Source: Amoebidium appalachense (Eukaryota > Protista > Ichthyosporea). From it: DNA of 64,000 nt. Below are positions 43,778-58,026 of the stretch, in pieces. Position numbers and translations under genes: made by a program. The notes beneath the pieces are model-generated. The model had not been told where the DNA came from and did not search any database. It was given only the letters and a program-made list of their open reading frames with translations. Position 1 is the stretch's first letter. Every line of letters begins with the position of its first letter. The stretch is taken from positions 1,210,562 to 1,274,561 of the forward strand of contig CAVNZM010000001.1 of assembly GCA_963693365.1 (NCBI GenBank), read 5' to 3'.

Positions 43778-45637
43778 TAGCACGGTGCCCCAGACGATGG
43801 TGCCAGATGGATGGGTTAACACTGGTAGTGGCAGCCAGAGCCACAGGACGAGTGGGTGGTTGAATGGTGTAGTCCTTGAAGTAATACAGACCGTTGTGTA
43901 GACGGAGGTTGATGAGGTGACGGCCAGTGAGTCGGTCGAAGAGGAATGACGGAGTGGAGGCATCATTCAAATCACCCTTGATGTATTCGGCAGCAGCTTG
44001 GGATGTTGAGATGAGGAAGGCTTGGCCAGACGGGACGTAGTAGGCCTGAATGGTAAGGGTGGCAGTGCCATGGTCGGTGGTGGTGTTGACGACGATATGG
44101 CCGGTGTGGGTGGCCAAGACGGGGGTCCCATTGAAGGCAGCTGGGTCCCATTGAAGGCAGCAACGGGAGTCGGTGTCGGAAGGGGAGTGAGGTCATGGAA
44201 GAACTCACGGGTGGGGCAGACAGTCATGTTGCACCCGGAATCCCAGGCTGAAGGGTCGGAGGACACGGGGACGGAGCTAGCATTGTATGCAGAGAAAGCA
44301 AAGGACTCACAGATTTCTCACTGCCTTGACGGGAACGGTTGTGTCTGGAAATACGGCATTTCGGCTCGGGGCAATCGATGATCTTGTGATCAGGCTCGTG
44401 GCAGTAGGAGCATGCATTCACGGACGGGATGTTAGAACGAGCCCGGGAATCAGAACGACGGGAACCCGAGAAACGGGAACAACTGGGGGAACGAGACGTG
44501 GACCGGAAGGCAGGCCGGTGGGGGGAACGGGATCGGGTGTGCTGACGGGAGAGACGAGTTCGGAGGTCCGTGCCAGGGGTACGGTCAAGTCGGTTGCGTA
44601 AGTCACGGCGGGGAAGATCACGGGGGGGAGCACTGGCATTTAATGCCATGCTGGACTTGGAGGCACGGTGGACACGGTTTTTCCGGAGTTGCATCTTGAG
44701 GTCTTGACGTAGCTCGATGCCCTTGACGTGGTTGTGGAGGGACTCGAAGTCGGGGAATAGCTTATCACCGAAGTGATAGTCTTCGATAAGACGGTTGAAC
44801 TCAGGGGTGAGGTCGTCTCTGGTGGTGAGTTCATTGAAGAACTTCTCAGCTTGACGAGTGAAGTGAATGGACTCATCTTGGAGGGACTGGAGCTGGTTCA
44901 CGATGGTCTGCAGACGACTCAGGTAGGTGGTGAATGATTCACCGGGCTGAAGGGCACAGGCATCCCACTGACGGTGAAGGATGCGGATCTGATCGGGTTT
45001 GCCTTGGAGGTAGTGTTGACGGAATTTCCACATGGCCCGTTCAGGGTCCATGCCAATACGGTACTGGGCAACGGTGGTGAGCACGGAAGGGTCGATGTTC
45101 TGAATCATATGGAGCAGGAGGCAATTGCGGGCCTCCTTGAGTTCCGCGGTAGTGCCGTAGCCGTAGAAGGGGGGTTCGCCGTCAACCGCGACGGTGGTAG
45201 GGGTGACGTAGTTATCAGCAAGCACAACATCCACGAGTCGGACACCTTTAGTGCCGGTCATCATGCCGAGAAAAATGATTTCCCACTGAAAATATGTGGT
45301 TTTGCTATGGGGACCAGTCTTCCCTTCACCTTTCCACATGGTTATTTTGTTTACACCAGTTTTGTTTGGATCCATGATTGAAAAACGATCGCTAGTTCTA
45401 GATGTGTGTAGGGAGCGTGCAAAAGGGCTGCATAACCTGTAAAATTATATAAGTATTTGGGACGTAAGCAGAGACACAGTGGTGCAGTGTGAAAACACCA
45501 CAGACACACAACAACAAAACACGGAACGATCGGAGCAGTGTACACAACAGACATCAATGTTTAGACACGACTGAACTGAATTTATTTTTGATCTTCGAAT
45601 AAATACCTGAAATTCCTCTAAGTCTAATCCATACATG
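43778..45637 (-). mobile_element. 5' part of the host Copia (gag 44224-45375, protease, PBS, partial 5' LTR 45438-45637); LTR remainder at 50454-50787
   Basis: High identity to 41210-43050. Small indels and a roughly 20-bp duplication at about 44125-44160. Confidence 0.92.
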
Positions 45638-48600
45638 CACAGGGTACGGAGGGGTATCAAAGTACTGCACACACTGTCAGCGAAATTTGTGTACCTCCCC
45701 ACAGTCGTGCATTCGTCCGTGTGAACTTAGACAAATTTGCTGTCGTGGCAGATATAGGTGTCTTTGTTCCGGCAGCTAGGTTACTTCCATTTGTGAGTCC
45801 TTCATATAGACTAAGTAAAGTGGCGGCTGATAAAACAATCATGATCGAAGTAGAAAATCGAAATCTTGATTCAGAATTAGTAATACCTGCTGGCACGCGA
45901 TTGGGATATATCGAAGGGCAGCTGCCTTTCGATACAGTTGTTGCAGAAATAGTTATCCCCACCCCCGAGCTACCTTCAGATAAACCTAGTAATCCGGAAG
46001 CATGTGGCCAGCCCGAGACATCAACACCAACAGGAAGTCGCTCGCCTACGGTTGATGGTGTTTCAGTGTCTGCGGTTACCACGGTGTCTGGTCCTCAGTC
46101 CGATGCAGTAGGTGTCAATCCCTCATCCACAGAAAAGGGCCCTTCTAGTGATGATATTGGTAAAGCAGACGGAGTGTGTGCAGGTGAAGGTGCAAGTAGT
46201 AACTGTAACAGGGAGGGTGATTCCGGTGAAGTGAGTCTCCCCTGGGGTATGGTAGATCCAGGTTCAACTTGGACGGATCAGCAACGTGCCTTAATTCTTC
46301 CCATGTTAAATCGAGTCAAAAATGTATTTCTTAGGCATCCAAAAGATCACGGTTTTGTGAAGGGATATACAGTGGCAATTGATACAGGTGATGCCAGTCC
46401 TGTGGTGATGCCTCAGTATCGAATGGAGCAATCGAAATTAGAGTCAGGTAGGCAAATGATTAGTGAATTTCGAGAAATGCAGATTTTAGAGCCTAGTAAA
46501 AGTCAGTGGCGGTCACCGGTACTTTTAATTAAAAAACCAGACGGGTCCTACAGGATGTGCACAGACCTACGCGGCCTTAACTCTGTCACTAAAAAGGATC
46601 TCTTTCCCCTTCCCCGTATTGATGAATTACTTGATAGTTTTCATGGCTATAGTGGTTCTGTGTCCTCGATTTGAAAAATGCATTTTTTCAGTGTCGGCTT
46701 AGGGAAGAGGATAAGGAGAAGACTGCTTTTGCATTCGATGGTGAGTTGTGGCAGTTTACTGTGATGCCCCAAGGTCTTGTGCATGCACCTGCAAATTTGT
46801 GTCGTATTATGCGCGATATCTTGCGTCCGTGTTTATCGTATACGGCGTGTTATATGGATGACGCATGTGTCAAAGGGAGAACGTTTGAAGAATTAGTTTC
46901 TAATTGTGAAAAAGTGTTCTCTGTGTTGGAAGCTGCTGGTATGAAAGTGAGTGGTAAAAAGACCATAGTGGGGGTGCAAGATGTTAAATTCCTGGGTCAT
47001 AGGATCACGAAGGATGGTGTTATTCCTGATCCTAGTAAAATCAAGGCTATTACAGAATGGCCTCACCCTAAAACGGTCACTCAGCTCAGGCAGTTTCTAG
47101 GACTAACCAATTACCTCCGTCGTTTTATACGGAGGTATGCCGAAATTGCTCACCCTCTTACTAAGCAGACAGGTGGTGACAGAAAAGCCCCCGTGTTGTG
47201 GGATTCTGAAGCTTTAGAAGCCTTTGAACGGTTAAAAGAAGTATTGGTAAGTGATAATGTTCTCGTTCACCCCGATTTCTCCCCCACACAAGGTATTTTC
47301 CGAGTTCGGGTAGATGCCAGTTTAGTCAGTGAGGGTGGCATACTGTATCAAGAACAGGATAAAGTAGATAGAGTAGTTGCATATGGCAGTCGAGTATTTT
47401 CCCCCACGGAACGACGTTGCAGTAATCCAGAACGGGAAAGTCATGCTATCTATCATTTCATTACCAAAGAGTGGAGACATATTTTGGTAGGTAGGACGTT
47501 TGAGGTGTATTCTGATCACAAACCTACTTTAGCCATGAAAGGTCTTACTAAGCTAACCAACGAACGCATTCAACGGTGGGCTGCAGAGTTAGCTTCGTTT
47601 GATTACAAGGCTTTTTATGCAAAAGGTGAAAGTATGAAAGATTGTGATGCACTCAGTAGAAATGCATACATCGAGTATGATAAATTCACCCAAACACACC
47701 CTTTTGATGGAGTAAATGTTGAAGTAGATTCAATCAACGTGTCAAATCAGCATGTGTGGGCTGCTGAAGTAGACATCTCCTCTCTTAAGGATAGTATGGT
47801 GAAGGTAGGGGACCCGGTACACAGTGGGACCCCGAATTCGTTCGCCTCTCCTTCCCAGTTTTCTACACCTGTTTTTCAGGAACAGGTGGTGTCGTCACAA
47901 CGCAGTGACAGGTTTTTGCACGACGTGATATGTCAAGTGGAGCAACGTCCAGGGGATATGGTTTTTTCGGTGGATAAACCCACCAAAGGCCAATGTCGGA
48001 CATGGAAAAATCGTACAAAAAGGTGTGCTCTCCAATGTGTGTTGCAAGATGGTGTTCTTTATCATTTAAGTGGGCCACAAGGTCAACGTTTGTGGGTTCC
48101 CCCTCGTTTGGTTGATATGGTGCTTGAACACATGCATGATGCTCCGTGGGCGGGTCATTTAGGTGTGTCCCGTACATATCAACGTGTGCAAGTGAATTAT
48201 TATTGGCCTGGCATGAGTAAGGATGTGGAGAGAAAGGTGTTGGGATGTCATGCATGTGCATTTCACAATCAATCCACACACATGCGAAGTCGGGTCCCCC
48301 AGTATCATGGTACTTTTATTAAGGCTTTTGAACGGGTAGCTATGGATGTGATGGGGCCTTTCCCCGAAACAGTGCAGGGTAATCATTATATTGTTACTCT
48401 CACTGATTTAGCTACACGTTGGACTGAAACTGTCCCTATTCGTTCAAGTAATGCAGTGACGTTGGCACGTGTGTTTTAGCATCATGTTTGTCTTCGTTTT
48501 GGCCCCCCCCCGTTCTGTGTTAAGTGATAGGGGTAGCTCATTTTTGTCTGAAATAATGAGTGAGGTGTGTAAACTGTTGGGTGTGTCATTGTTGCATACG

Positions 48601-50453
48601 TCTGCTTACCACCCTCAAGCTAATGGCGTTGCTGAACGTGCACATGCAGTGTTTCAATCGTGTTTAGCAAAATATGTGGATATGGAGCACGCTGACTGGG
48701 ATAGTGTACTTCCTTTTATGGTGCATGCTTATCGTACCACACCTAATGCTATCACTGGTTTTTCTCCGTATTTTCTTGTGCATGGTCAGGAGTGTACCGA
48801 GTTCTTAGATGTGATCATGCTTCCTGCCTTCTCTGGTCCTCTCCGTATGGAATAGTGGACTAAGTATAGGGAGGAGGTGTTGGCTCGAGTTTTGCATGCC
48901 CGTGAAGTGGCACGGCAACGTACAGAGCAAGCACATGAATCTCTTACTAACAGCACTAACACTAACATTCCTCTCCGTACTTTTAAAGTGGGCAGTAAGG
49001 TGTTGGTTAGGAATTTCACCCGTGCTAAGGGTGGCCCCGTGAAGAAATGGAGACCACGGTTCTTGGGTCCATATATAGTGTTAGCCCGGATAGGTAGTAC
49101 TGAATACAAACTCCGGCATACGGTGAATGAGCACGATATTCGCCAGTATAACGTCGATGACATTAAGGCTTCCACGAATTTGCCTTCCGTGCTCTTTCGA
49201 CGTTTTCTCAGTGTCCTAACACCCAGCATAACGGTATTCCAGAGTTAGGTGGCATGGACACCACGGTAGAGAAAATTTTGGATAAGAAAGTAGTTACAGT
49301 CAACGGCCATGCAACCACTCATTATCGAGTCAAATTTGCAGGCTACGACACGGCTTTCAATCAGTGGCGTCCAGAGTCTTTATTATGGTGCCCAGAGTTA
49401 ATCCAAGCATACGAACGTCGGGTAGTTAGACAACCTTCTCATCCTAAGGTTGTTGTTCCTAGAAATCCAAAAACACCACGGGTAGACAAACAGGTCGACG
49501 TCACTCAGTCAGTGAGTGTTAACTCGACACCAAATGCTACGGATGCACGTACGGCTCGTCTTTTACGACGACGGCAGTTGCGCGATGTTCTGTTCCCACG
49601 GCGGGAAAAGAAACAATCGATGTGTTAAACTTTGTCTCCTCTTCGTCGGAGCTCAGATTTCCTGCTGAGGGGGGGATTGTTATGTCTCCGCGGCGAGCAT
49701 TCGTGTCAATCGATCGATTCAGATCTATTCAGATCTATTTGCTTTGTTTACATTTCGTCGGTGCCGGCTCATCCAGTCAGATGTCGGCGTTTGCTGACGA
49801 ATGAGCCAATCATAAATGTGATATCTGCTTTTCCAATCGGATGATCGAATACAATTACATATGTTCGGTTACTTGGAAACGAACTACGGTGAGACTTGCG
49901 TGAGTTACACTTATGGCCTCTTCTGTGTTGATTGGAACACGTAAATGCTGCGGCCATAGAGAACGAATAACTAACAAGCAGGTTGTGAGTGATTGGGGAG
50001 TCTCATATTCGACCAGTCATGTCGAGGGCATCCCGGTAAAGTCCAGCTGCAATGAGTGGTCGTTGTAAACCTGCAGTTACACATGTGAGAGAGACAGCAC
50101 TCCGAAAGGTAACTGGTAACCAAAGTCACAAACAGGAAAAGTACTGGTACCTGTTTATTTGGAGTATATTTCGGGGCTGTGTAAGTCATAAGTCATGCAG
50201 CAGTAAAGATTATATATGAGTGTTAGAACCGGCAAGAGACCAAGTAGTCCCACACAGTAATTACTAGCCCTGTACTAATCTGTAATATGATTGGTCGGTT
50301 AGGGAGTTGTGTGATTGGTCAAGTAATCTTGTCCGGGTCGACCATCCGTATATAAACGGACGCATCGATCCTCTGAAATCCAGTTCAGAGTGAACCCCGT
50401 TTACACTCATACACATACATTTTACACAGAAGTGTCCGTGAGGATACTTTACA
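45638..50453 (+). mobile_element. 5'-deleted chromodomain Ty3/Gypsy element 2 with 3' LTR (49678-50453), sitting inside the host Copia 5' LTR
   Basis: RT DLRGLN, YMDD; RH DAS, SDHKP; IN HHCC, SDRG, SAYHPQANGVAER, GPY; chromodomain VEKILDKK..YRVKFAGY...NQW (49254-49628); PPT gaggggggga. Copia LTR sequence resumes at 50454. Confidence 0.92.
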
Positions 50454-50787
50454 ATAAGGAAGGAGAAAGAGAAAGGAAAAGAGAGCACAGATCAACAAAC
50501 AAGATAGTAATAGTATAACTATAACCAGAGATATTTATGTACACACGAACATGTACACGTCTCTCCCTGAGTGGGTGGATCCGTGTACACACATATAAAT
50601 AATCTAATTGGTATTACAATACACGATTAAAGCCGATACAACACGTCGATTACAAGTATACAAGTATATCGGAGATCGATGCTACACTTTTCATAATAGG
50701 AGTGTGGCATTTATACTAAGCATATGAACTGAAACATCACACAAACTGAGAAGATCTTACCATATGTAAATACTACGTATTACAACA
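50454..50787 (-). repeat. Outer portion of a Copia LTR variant B
   Basis: Matches 37608-37939 and ends in tacaaca. Confidence 0.9.
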
Positions 50788-51059
50788 ATATAAGGAGGCA
50801 GTATACGTTGTTAAGGCACACAATCTTAACTAGCCATATGTACATTTCTATCTTATTAAAGTTTTTACATTTTACACATCTATCATTATCATAGGCTTTA
50901 TCGTGCTGCTAGACTAGAGCCCTGGCCTGAGAGGAATGACTGCATACTGGTGATTGTTTTGGCTTTCCTTCGAAGGCAAAATTGCACATAGTCTCTCAAA
51001 AGCTAATGGATTCACCACTTTCTGTGCCCAACTCTCTGCATGATAGATTGCGTCTGTCA

Positions 51060-51381
51060 CTATATGGGGCATGCTGCCTGTGCAAGCTCTAGACCGTTTG
51101 GTTTGTCCCGGAAGTAAGCTGCACGAATGTACTGAATGATTTGTTGTTTTAGGTCAGGATAAGGACTGCTCTCAACGCTAATGGTCTTGCCCCTGCGCTT
51201 CTTCTGTGCTGGAGCTGCGGCTGCTGGCCCGTAAGTACCCGTTATTGTTTTTCTGCGCAAAATGCCTGTAGCATCCTCTGTGTCTTTTGGCAGTAGCTCT
51301 TGAAGCGCGGGAGGAAGTTGGGCGAGTAGCTCTGGGTCACGATAGAAACCTTGGTATAGGGCTCGCATGACGATCTGCCAC
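51060..51381 (-). pseudogene. 3' end of an unidentified gene cut by the LTR at 51382
   Basis: Natural-looking 100+ aa frame, open up to the LTR edge, with a KKRRGK NLS-like patch. No family recognised. Confidence 0.4.
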
Positions 51382-54300
51382 TGTTGAAGTACGTAGTTTG
51401 TACATGTGTAAGATCTTTCAGTTTGTGTTTATGATTCAGTTCATAGCATTAATATTAAAGTCACCCTCCTTGTTCGTAAAATTGTTAATCGATCTCAAAT
51501 ATGTTTTCGTGTCTGTAATCGTGTCATATTGGCTCTAATCGTGTGTTGATCTAAAGATTAGAATATAGATATGTTGCCTGCACGAATCCACTCAGTAGGA
51601 GTGCTCGTGCACATGTTTGTGTGTACATGAATATCTAATGTTGTAACTGTGCTATCGTGTTCATGTTTGTTGTTCTGTGTTCCTCTCTTTTTCTCTCTTC
51701 TCTTCTTCTCTTTTCTTTCCTCCTTTCCCCTGGTGTTCATGTGTGTGATCACTGTTCTTTCTCACTAATATACGTTGAGTCAATTCGTGTGAAGTAGATG
51801 TGTTTTGATTGAAAGAAAAACACATAGGCTACACCATGTACTATTCTCAATAGTTTATTCAACTATGTTTGTTTTGCAAATTGCCGCGGTCTAACCAATC
51901 ACTAGACTAGTCATAACGTGTCCCTGCCGTTAACCTCAATAATAGGTTAGAAATTAGTGTCAAGGTTTACAGTTTCTTCGTGACTGTGTTCTTATGCCTT
52001 GCCGTGATCTATTGCGAGTGTTGGATCTATTGCTGTAGTGATCAGTCCATTATGATTGGCCTATCCGATATCTATTCTGATTTCCGACTGGTCGGAAATC
52101 ACACATAGGTTTGACTTAGTGATTGCAGTTATATAAGCACATCTCAAAATAAATTCAGTTCAGTTGTGTCTAAACATTGATGTCTGTTCTGTACACTTCT
52201 CCGATCGGTTCCGTCTGTGTGTTTCTCTGTGTGTCTGTGGTGTTTTTACACTGCACCACTGTGTCTCTGCTTCCCCGACATAGTCAGAATACTTATAAAA
52301 ATTTTCAGGTTATGCTGCCCTTTTTGCACGCTCTCTATACACACATCACCACCGCGATCGCCCACCAGCGCGCTAGTCCACCATGGATCCCAACAAGTCC
52401 GGCGTAAACAAAATCACCATGTGGAAGGGTGAAGGCAAGACCGGCCCTGACAACAAGACCACCTACTTCCAATGGGAAATCATTTTCCTCGGCATGATGA
52501 CCGGCACCAACGGTGCCCTACTTGTGGACGTTGTTCTCGCTGACAACTACGTTCCACCCAACACCGCCGCCATTGATGGTGTGCTTCCCTTCTACGGTTA
52601 CGCTACTGCGGCTGAACTCAAGGACGCCCGCAACTGCTTACTTCTTCACATGATCCAGAACATCGACCCGTCTGTCCTCACCATCGTCGCCCAGTACCGT
52701 ATCGGCATGGACCCTGAACGGGCCATGTGGAAGTTCCGACAACACTACCTCCAAGGCAAACCCGACCAGATCCGTCTCCTCCGTCGCGAGTGGGATGCCT
52801 GCTCCCTCAAGTCCAGTGAGACATTCACTGACTACCTCCAGCGTCTCCAAACCATCGTCACCCAGCTTCTGTCCCTGCAAGATGACTCAGTCACATTCAC
52901 CCATCTGGCAGAGAAGGTCTTTAATGAACTTACCACCCGTGACGATCTCACCAGTGAATTCAGCCGTCTACTCGAAGACTACCACTTCGGAGATAAGCTC
53001 TTCTCCGACTTTGAGACTCTGCACAACCACGTGAAAGCCATTGAGCTACGCCAACAACTCAAGACTAAACTCCGTACCAGCCGTGACCCCCGCAGCTCCA
53101 CCACCAGCATGGCTTTGACTGCCTGTGCTCCCCCCCGAGATCTTCCTCTCCGTGACTTACGCCACCGCATCAACAAACCACCCAGTGCTGACCTCCGTAC
53201 TCATTTCTCCCGTCAGCACACACCGTTCCCGTTCACCCCACCGGCCTACCTTCCGGTCCACGTCCCGTTCCCCGAGCCGTTCCCGTTTCCCTGACCCCCG
53301 CCGTTCCGTTCACCCGGCTCGTTCCAACACCCCGGCCAACTCCTGCTTGTACTGCCGTGAACCTGGCCACCAGATTACCGACTGCCCTGAACCTGGCTGC
53401 CGTGTTGCCAGAAACGCCCGCAACACCAACAAGTCCGTCTCCTTTGCCTTCTCAGCTTACAATGTCAGCTCAGTCCCCGGGTCGTCCGACCCGGCCTGGG
53501 ATTCCGGTTGCAACATCACTGTTTGCCCCCACCGTGAGTTCTTCCAGAACATCACCCCCCTCCCAGCCCCTACCCCAGTTGCTGCCTTCAACGGTATCCC
53601 CGTCTTGGCTACCCACCAGGGCCATATCTACCCTCAACACCATAACCATCCACGGCACCAACACCCTCACCATTGAGGCCTACTACACACTGTCCGGTCA
53701 GGCCTTCCTCATCTCCACATCTCAGGCTGCTGCTGAATACATCAAGGGTGACCTCAACGATGCCTCCACCCCCGTCGTTCTTATTTGACCGACACACCGG
53801 CCGTCACCTCGTCAACCTCCGTCTGTACAACGGTCTGTACTACTTCACAGACTACACCATTAAACCCCCAGCCAGTCCAGTAGCTCTGGCTGCCACCACC
53901 AGTGTTCATCCCTCCATCTGGCATTATCGTCTCGGACACCGTGCCATGACCGGCATCAAGGAGATGATCACCAAGGACCTCGTCATTGGCCTCCCCGACT
54001 CCGTACTTCACTGTGCCGTCCCTGATTGCCATGGCTGCATGATGGGCAAAACTACCAAGGCTCCATTCAAGGGTGACCGTCTTCACTCTGCTGTCCCCGG
54101 CTATGAGTGGCACTGGGACTTCTTGTTAAATTGTATAAGTATTTTGGGATGAAAGCAGAGACACAGTGGTGCAGTGTGAAAACACCACAGACACACACAA
54201 CAACAAAACACGGAACGATCGGAGCAGTGTACACAACAGACATCAATGTTTAGACACGACTGAACTCAATTTATTTTGATCGCTAATAAATACCTGAAAT

Positions 54301-55085
54301 TCCCTTAAGTTAAATCCATACATGATTTCCGACCAGTCGGAAATCAGATCTATGTCTAAAATAACCAATCACAATTAACTGATTATTTCCCGGATAGATC
54401 CGGAGACACAGGAACGCACACCATAGGTCACAGCTATAAGAAAGAAAAGAGGTGAAGAGTAACGAGGAAAGAGGTGATGTTTCTAACCTATCATCGGCTA
54501 CAAAGACTCAGACATTTTCTGACTAAGTCCACTGATTGGATATAGTACGGCAACACACAAAACAAAAGTGTTTGACTAAGCTATGAATCATACCTGACAA
54601 GCTAAAGTGTAGCCTAAGTGTTTTTCTACCAATCAAAACATAACGAGTAATATAAATCTACTCAACGTATATTAGTGAGAGAGAAATATAATTATGTGAA
54701 AGGAAACAAGAGAAGAAAGAAAGAGAAAAGAAAGAAGAAGAAAGAGGAAAAAGAAAAGAAAGCAGGACAGAAAACACGAACAGCAAAACACAGTTATAAC
54801 CGAAGATATTCATGTACACATAACATGTACACGTTTCTCCCTCACTGGGTAGACTCGTGTACCTATAATCAGTTGCTGTAATCGATATCTAAACACACGA
54901 ATATAGCCGAGCCGACACAACACGATTACAAGTACTCAAATACACTGGAGATCGATGTCATAGTTTACGTACAAGGAGCACATCTTTTTCACTAAGTAAA
55001 TGAATGAAAACATAACACGAACTGAGAAGATCTTACAATATGTAAATACTACGTATTACAACACTTCTTTGAGCCTTCCACCACG
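51382..55085 (+). mobile_element. Diverged Copia subfamily copy (LTR variant C 51382-52307, gag from 52383, protease, integrase start), interrupted twice
   Basis: TG...CA LTR, PBS ggttatgctgccc, MDPNKSGVNK gag, WDSGC, WHYRLGH, frameshifts. Integrase WDF|FEPST resumes at 55064-55085. Confidence 0.92.
54124..55063 (-). mobile_element. Solo Copia LTR variant A
   Basis: Near-identical to 15035-15969 and flanked by TSD cttct (54119-54123, 55064-55068). Confidence 0.95.
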
Positions 55086-56251
55086 TGTTGTAATACGTAG
55101 TATTTACATATGGTAAGATCTTCTCAGTTTGTGTTATGTTTCAGTTCATATGCTTAGTGTAAAAGCTACACTCCTATTACGTAAAGTGTAGCATCGATCT
55201 CCAATATGCTTGTATACTTGTAATCGTCTTGTATCGGCTTTAATCGTGTGTTGTAATATCGATTAGAATATTTATATGTGTGTACATGGATCCACCCACT
55301 CAGGGGGAGACGTGTACATGTTCGTGTGTACATAAATATCTCTGGTTATAGTTATGATATTACTATCTTGTTTGTTGATCTGTGCTCTCTTTTCCTTCCT
55401 CTTTCTCCTTCCTTATTTTCTTTTCTTTCTCTCTTTGTCTTCATGTGTATAATCGTATTTCTTTTCTACTAATATATGTTAGGTAGATTTGTGTTACTTA
55501 ATACGTGTTCATTGGACGGTAACACACTTAGGCTACACTTAGAATAGCATGTGTGTTTAGACTTCATTAATTTACTTTCTATGAAAACTACTCCGGGACG
55601 TGTGTTGCCTCTAGGGGGACATCCCCTTGGACGAAAGTGAACCTGCAATGGTTGTAAACCACCGCAAGCCCCCAGTCATCAATTTATTGATCCGTGAGGT
55701 CCTTGTGCCCAAAAAACGGGGGAAGTCTTCGCCCCGTGAAAAAACAGCACGTATGTGGGGATCAATGGGGGTTGAGTGTAGGGTGTAGGTGGGTGGGTGA
55801 AAAGGAAAATATAGCTGTAAAGCTGTAGGTGCTAAACACAGAGGATGTGTTGTTGCTTGCTGATCTGCTAAAAACTGTCGTGCTTATATACCTAAGGCTG
55901 CCGAACTGAGCCAATCAAAACCGATCTAGTGTTATGTGAAATCTTATCCTGAGCCAATCAAACTCGGTCTAGTGATCTGTGGAATCTGATGTTTTGATCG
56001 GCTAATAGGTGCCCGTATGCGGGCAGCCGAACGCGAACTGCTAAAACATGAAACGAAGTCTGTTGATATCGGACACCCATCCTACGTGTTTACCCAGAAA
56101 AATATTTATGTCAATAATTTCCACAAATAAAACCTCTATGAAAACTACTCCGGGACGTGTGTTGCCTCTAGGGGGACATCCCCTTGGACGAAAGTGAACC
56201 TGCAATGGTTGTAAACCACGGCACGAGAGCAGTATGCTTGCTCCAAAGGTT

Positions 56252-57514
56252 TCACTTAAGAATAGAGGCGAATACACGTGTGGTAGTGGCAGCAATGGAG
56301 GCCGGACGAAGTCGGGTATAGATCAGGAAACAGTCGGAGGACCACCTGCCGAGTTGTTTGATCCGGGAGTCGTCGACCCCGGCCTCAGCCAGTGCTGTGG
56401 CCCCCCCGATGCGGAGGCTGTGTCCGGCAAACCGGGAGGGTGAGAGGCCTGCCCGGGAGAGGAGGGCACGGAAGTCGGCAGAGAAAGCACTCTTGGTGTA
56501 GGGGATGCCACCGAGACTGAAGAGGGGGTCGTTGGGTTGACCGGACCTTGTATCCAGGAACTGCCGGAGGAGATGGGCTGGGGAGAAGTGGGTGAGGGGC
56601 AGGGCAGCTAGAGTGACGTTGACACCTCGGGCCTGTACATCCGTCTTAGAGGTTTGCAGGTGGAGGGTGGCATGGGACAAAGTACCGGTGGGGGTGTAGG
56701 TGAAGGTCACGTCTTTCCGTTTAACGTGACGGGACGGGTCAAAGGAAGTCAGGGTTTTGGAGGTATATTCCCCCGAACGGAGGAGACCACAGAAACCGAC
56801 GATGAGGGCCGTCCATAGCCGTAGATTAGCCGAGGAGGCCTTGGTGGGGCACTGGCCATGGAGTAGGCTAAGGTGGGAGGGCAGGAGGGGCTTCCTGGTG
56901 GATGATCGGGGTCGGATGTTGTGAGAAAGCTGCCATCTGCCCACCCCTCGGAAGAACCAGGCCAGAGACTTGTCGTGGGGGTAGGGAGCAGGGAGGCCCA
57001 TGTCGAGGTGGAGTCTGGTGATGGCTGAATTGTAGCCGGCCAAGGAAGAGGCCTGTACCCCTCGTTGGGCACACCAGGCGAGAAAAAGCTGCACGGTGTG
57101 GGGGGAGGCCGGGAGGGAGGACCCGGCGGAGGATTGCAGCCGAGATGCCACACAAAAATCGATGAACACTTTTTGTACCCTGGAGTAAAAGGCCCGAGAG
57201 TCGAGGTTGAGACTCAGGGCCTGGCATTCCTGCAGGGTAGTGGTGGCACGAAGCAGCTCGGCCGGAGCAAAGTGGGGGGCCAATCGGCCAGCGTTGCTCC
57301 GGAAGGGGAGATCTGGGGGGGGGGGGGGGGGGGGGGGGGGTGAGCCCAGGGGAAGGGATAGGAACTTGTGGACCCAGAAGGGGAAGGGGCAGGGCTCCGG
57401 TTGCAGGTAAGGTCGGAGTCGTCGGGTCCGGGGAAGCTGGTTACGGAGGAGCTGCGCGGCGAATGATTGGGCTGGGTAGGGGGGCCAGCAGCTCCCGGAG
57501 GCGGGAGGTGTCAA
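56252..57514 (-). CDS. Tyrosine recombinase of the DIRS/Ngaro family (true start probably downstream of the C-run)
   Basis: Catalytic R-K-HxxR-W-Y set intact: LLRSGE, SKTD, HSLRIGGA, LGRWSS, LIYTR. Confidence 0.93.
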   Translation of the reverse strand: MTPPASGSCWPPYPAQSFAAQLLRNQLPRTRRLRPYLQPEPCPFPFWVHKFLSLPLGSPPPPPPPPPDLPFRSNAGRLAPHFAPAELLRATTTLQECQALSLNLDSRAFYSRVQKVFIDFCVASRLQSSAGSSLPASPHTVQLFLAWCAQRGVQASSLAGYNSAITRLHLDMGLPAPYPHDKSLAWFFRGVGRWQLSHNIRPRSSTRKPLLPSHLSLLHGQCPTKASSANLRLWTALIVGFCGLLRSGEYTSKTLTSFDPSRHVKRKDVTFTYTPTGTLSHATLHLQTSKTDVQARGVNVTLAALPLTHFSPAHLLRQFLDTRSGQPNDPLFSLGGIPYTKSAFSADFRALLSRAGLSPSRFAGHSLRIGGATALAEAGVDDSRIKQLGRWSSDCFLIYTRLRPASIAATTTRVFASILK

Positions 57515-57609
57515 CGTGGTGCTGGGGCAACGGGCGGGCCACCGGGGCTGAGCCTCGGGGGAAGGGGGTGGTTAGCAAGGGTGGGGCACCCTCGGGGAGA
57601 TCCCGGCAT

Positions 57610-57646
<37 letters not shown>

Positions 57647-58026
57647 CAGGGCCCCGGGGGGTTAGGGTAGGGCAGCTGGGCCCGAGGGAGGGTTTGCAGG
57701 GAGGGCAGCGGGGCCCTGTGCAGGGGATGCCCGAGCACGCGCGGGTGTGGGCGTACACAGAGTTAGAAGAAGGGAGGGAGCGCTAGGTGAGTGTAAGGGG
57801 GGAGGCTCGTGGGATGGGGGGGGGAGTAAATTTATGTGCAGTGGCCAGAATAACGTCTTTGTGTAGGGAAATTTATTCTTGGCGCGCGCGGGCGCCGTAG
57901 TTGGCCTGCGAAAAATGTTACTCAGCCCTAGTGCCCCGTTTTTTTCCCGAGCTCCGTGTCCTTGGACCCGTGTAACCTAGCTCCTAGCCCCTATGTTCTA
58001 TCTGTGGGTGTGGGTGTGCGCGTAGA

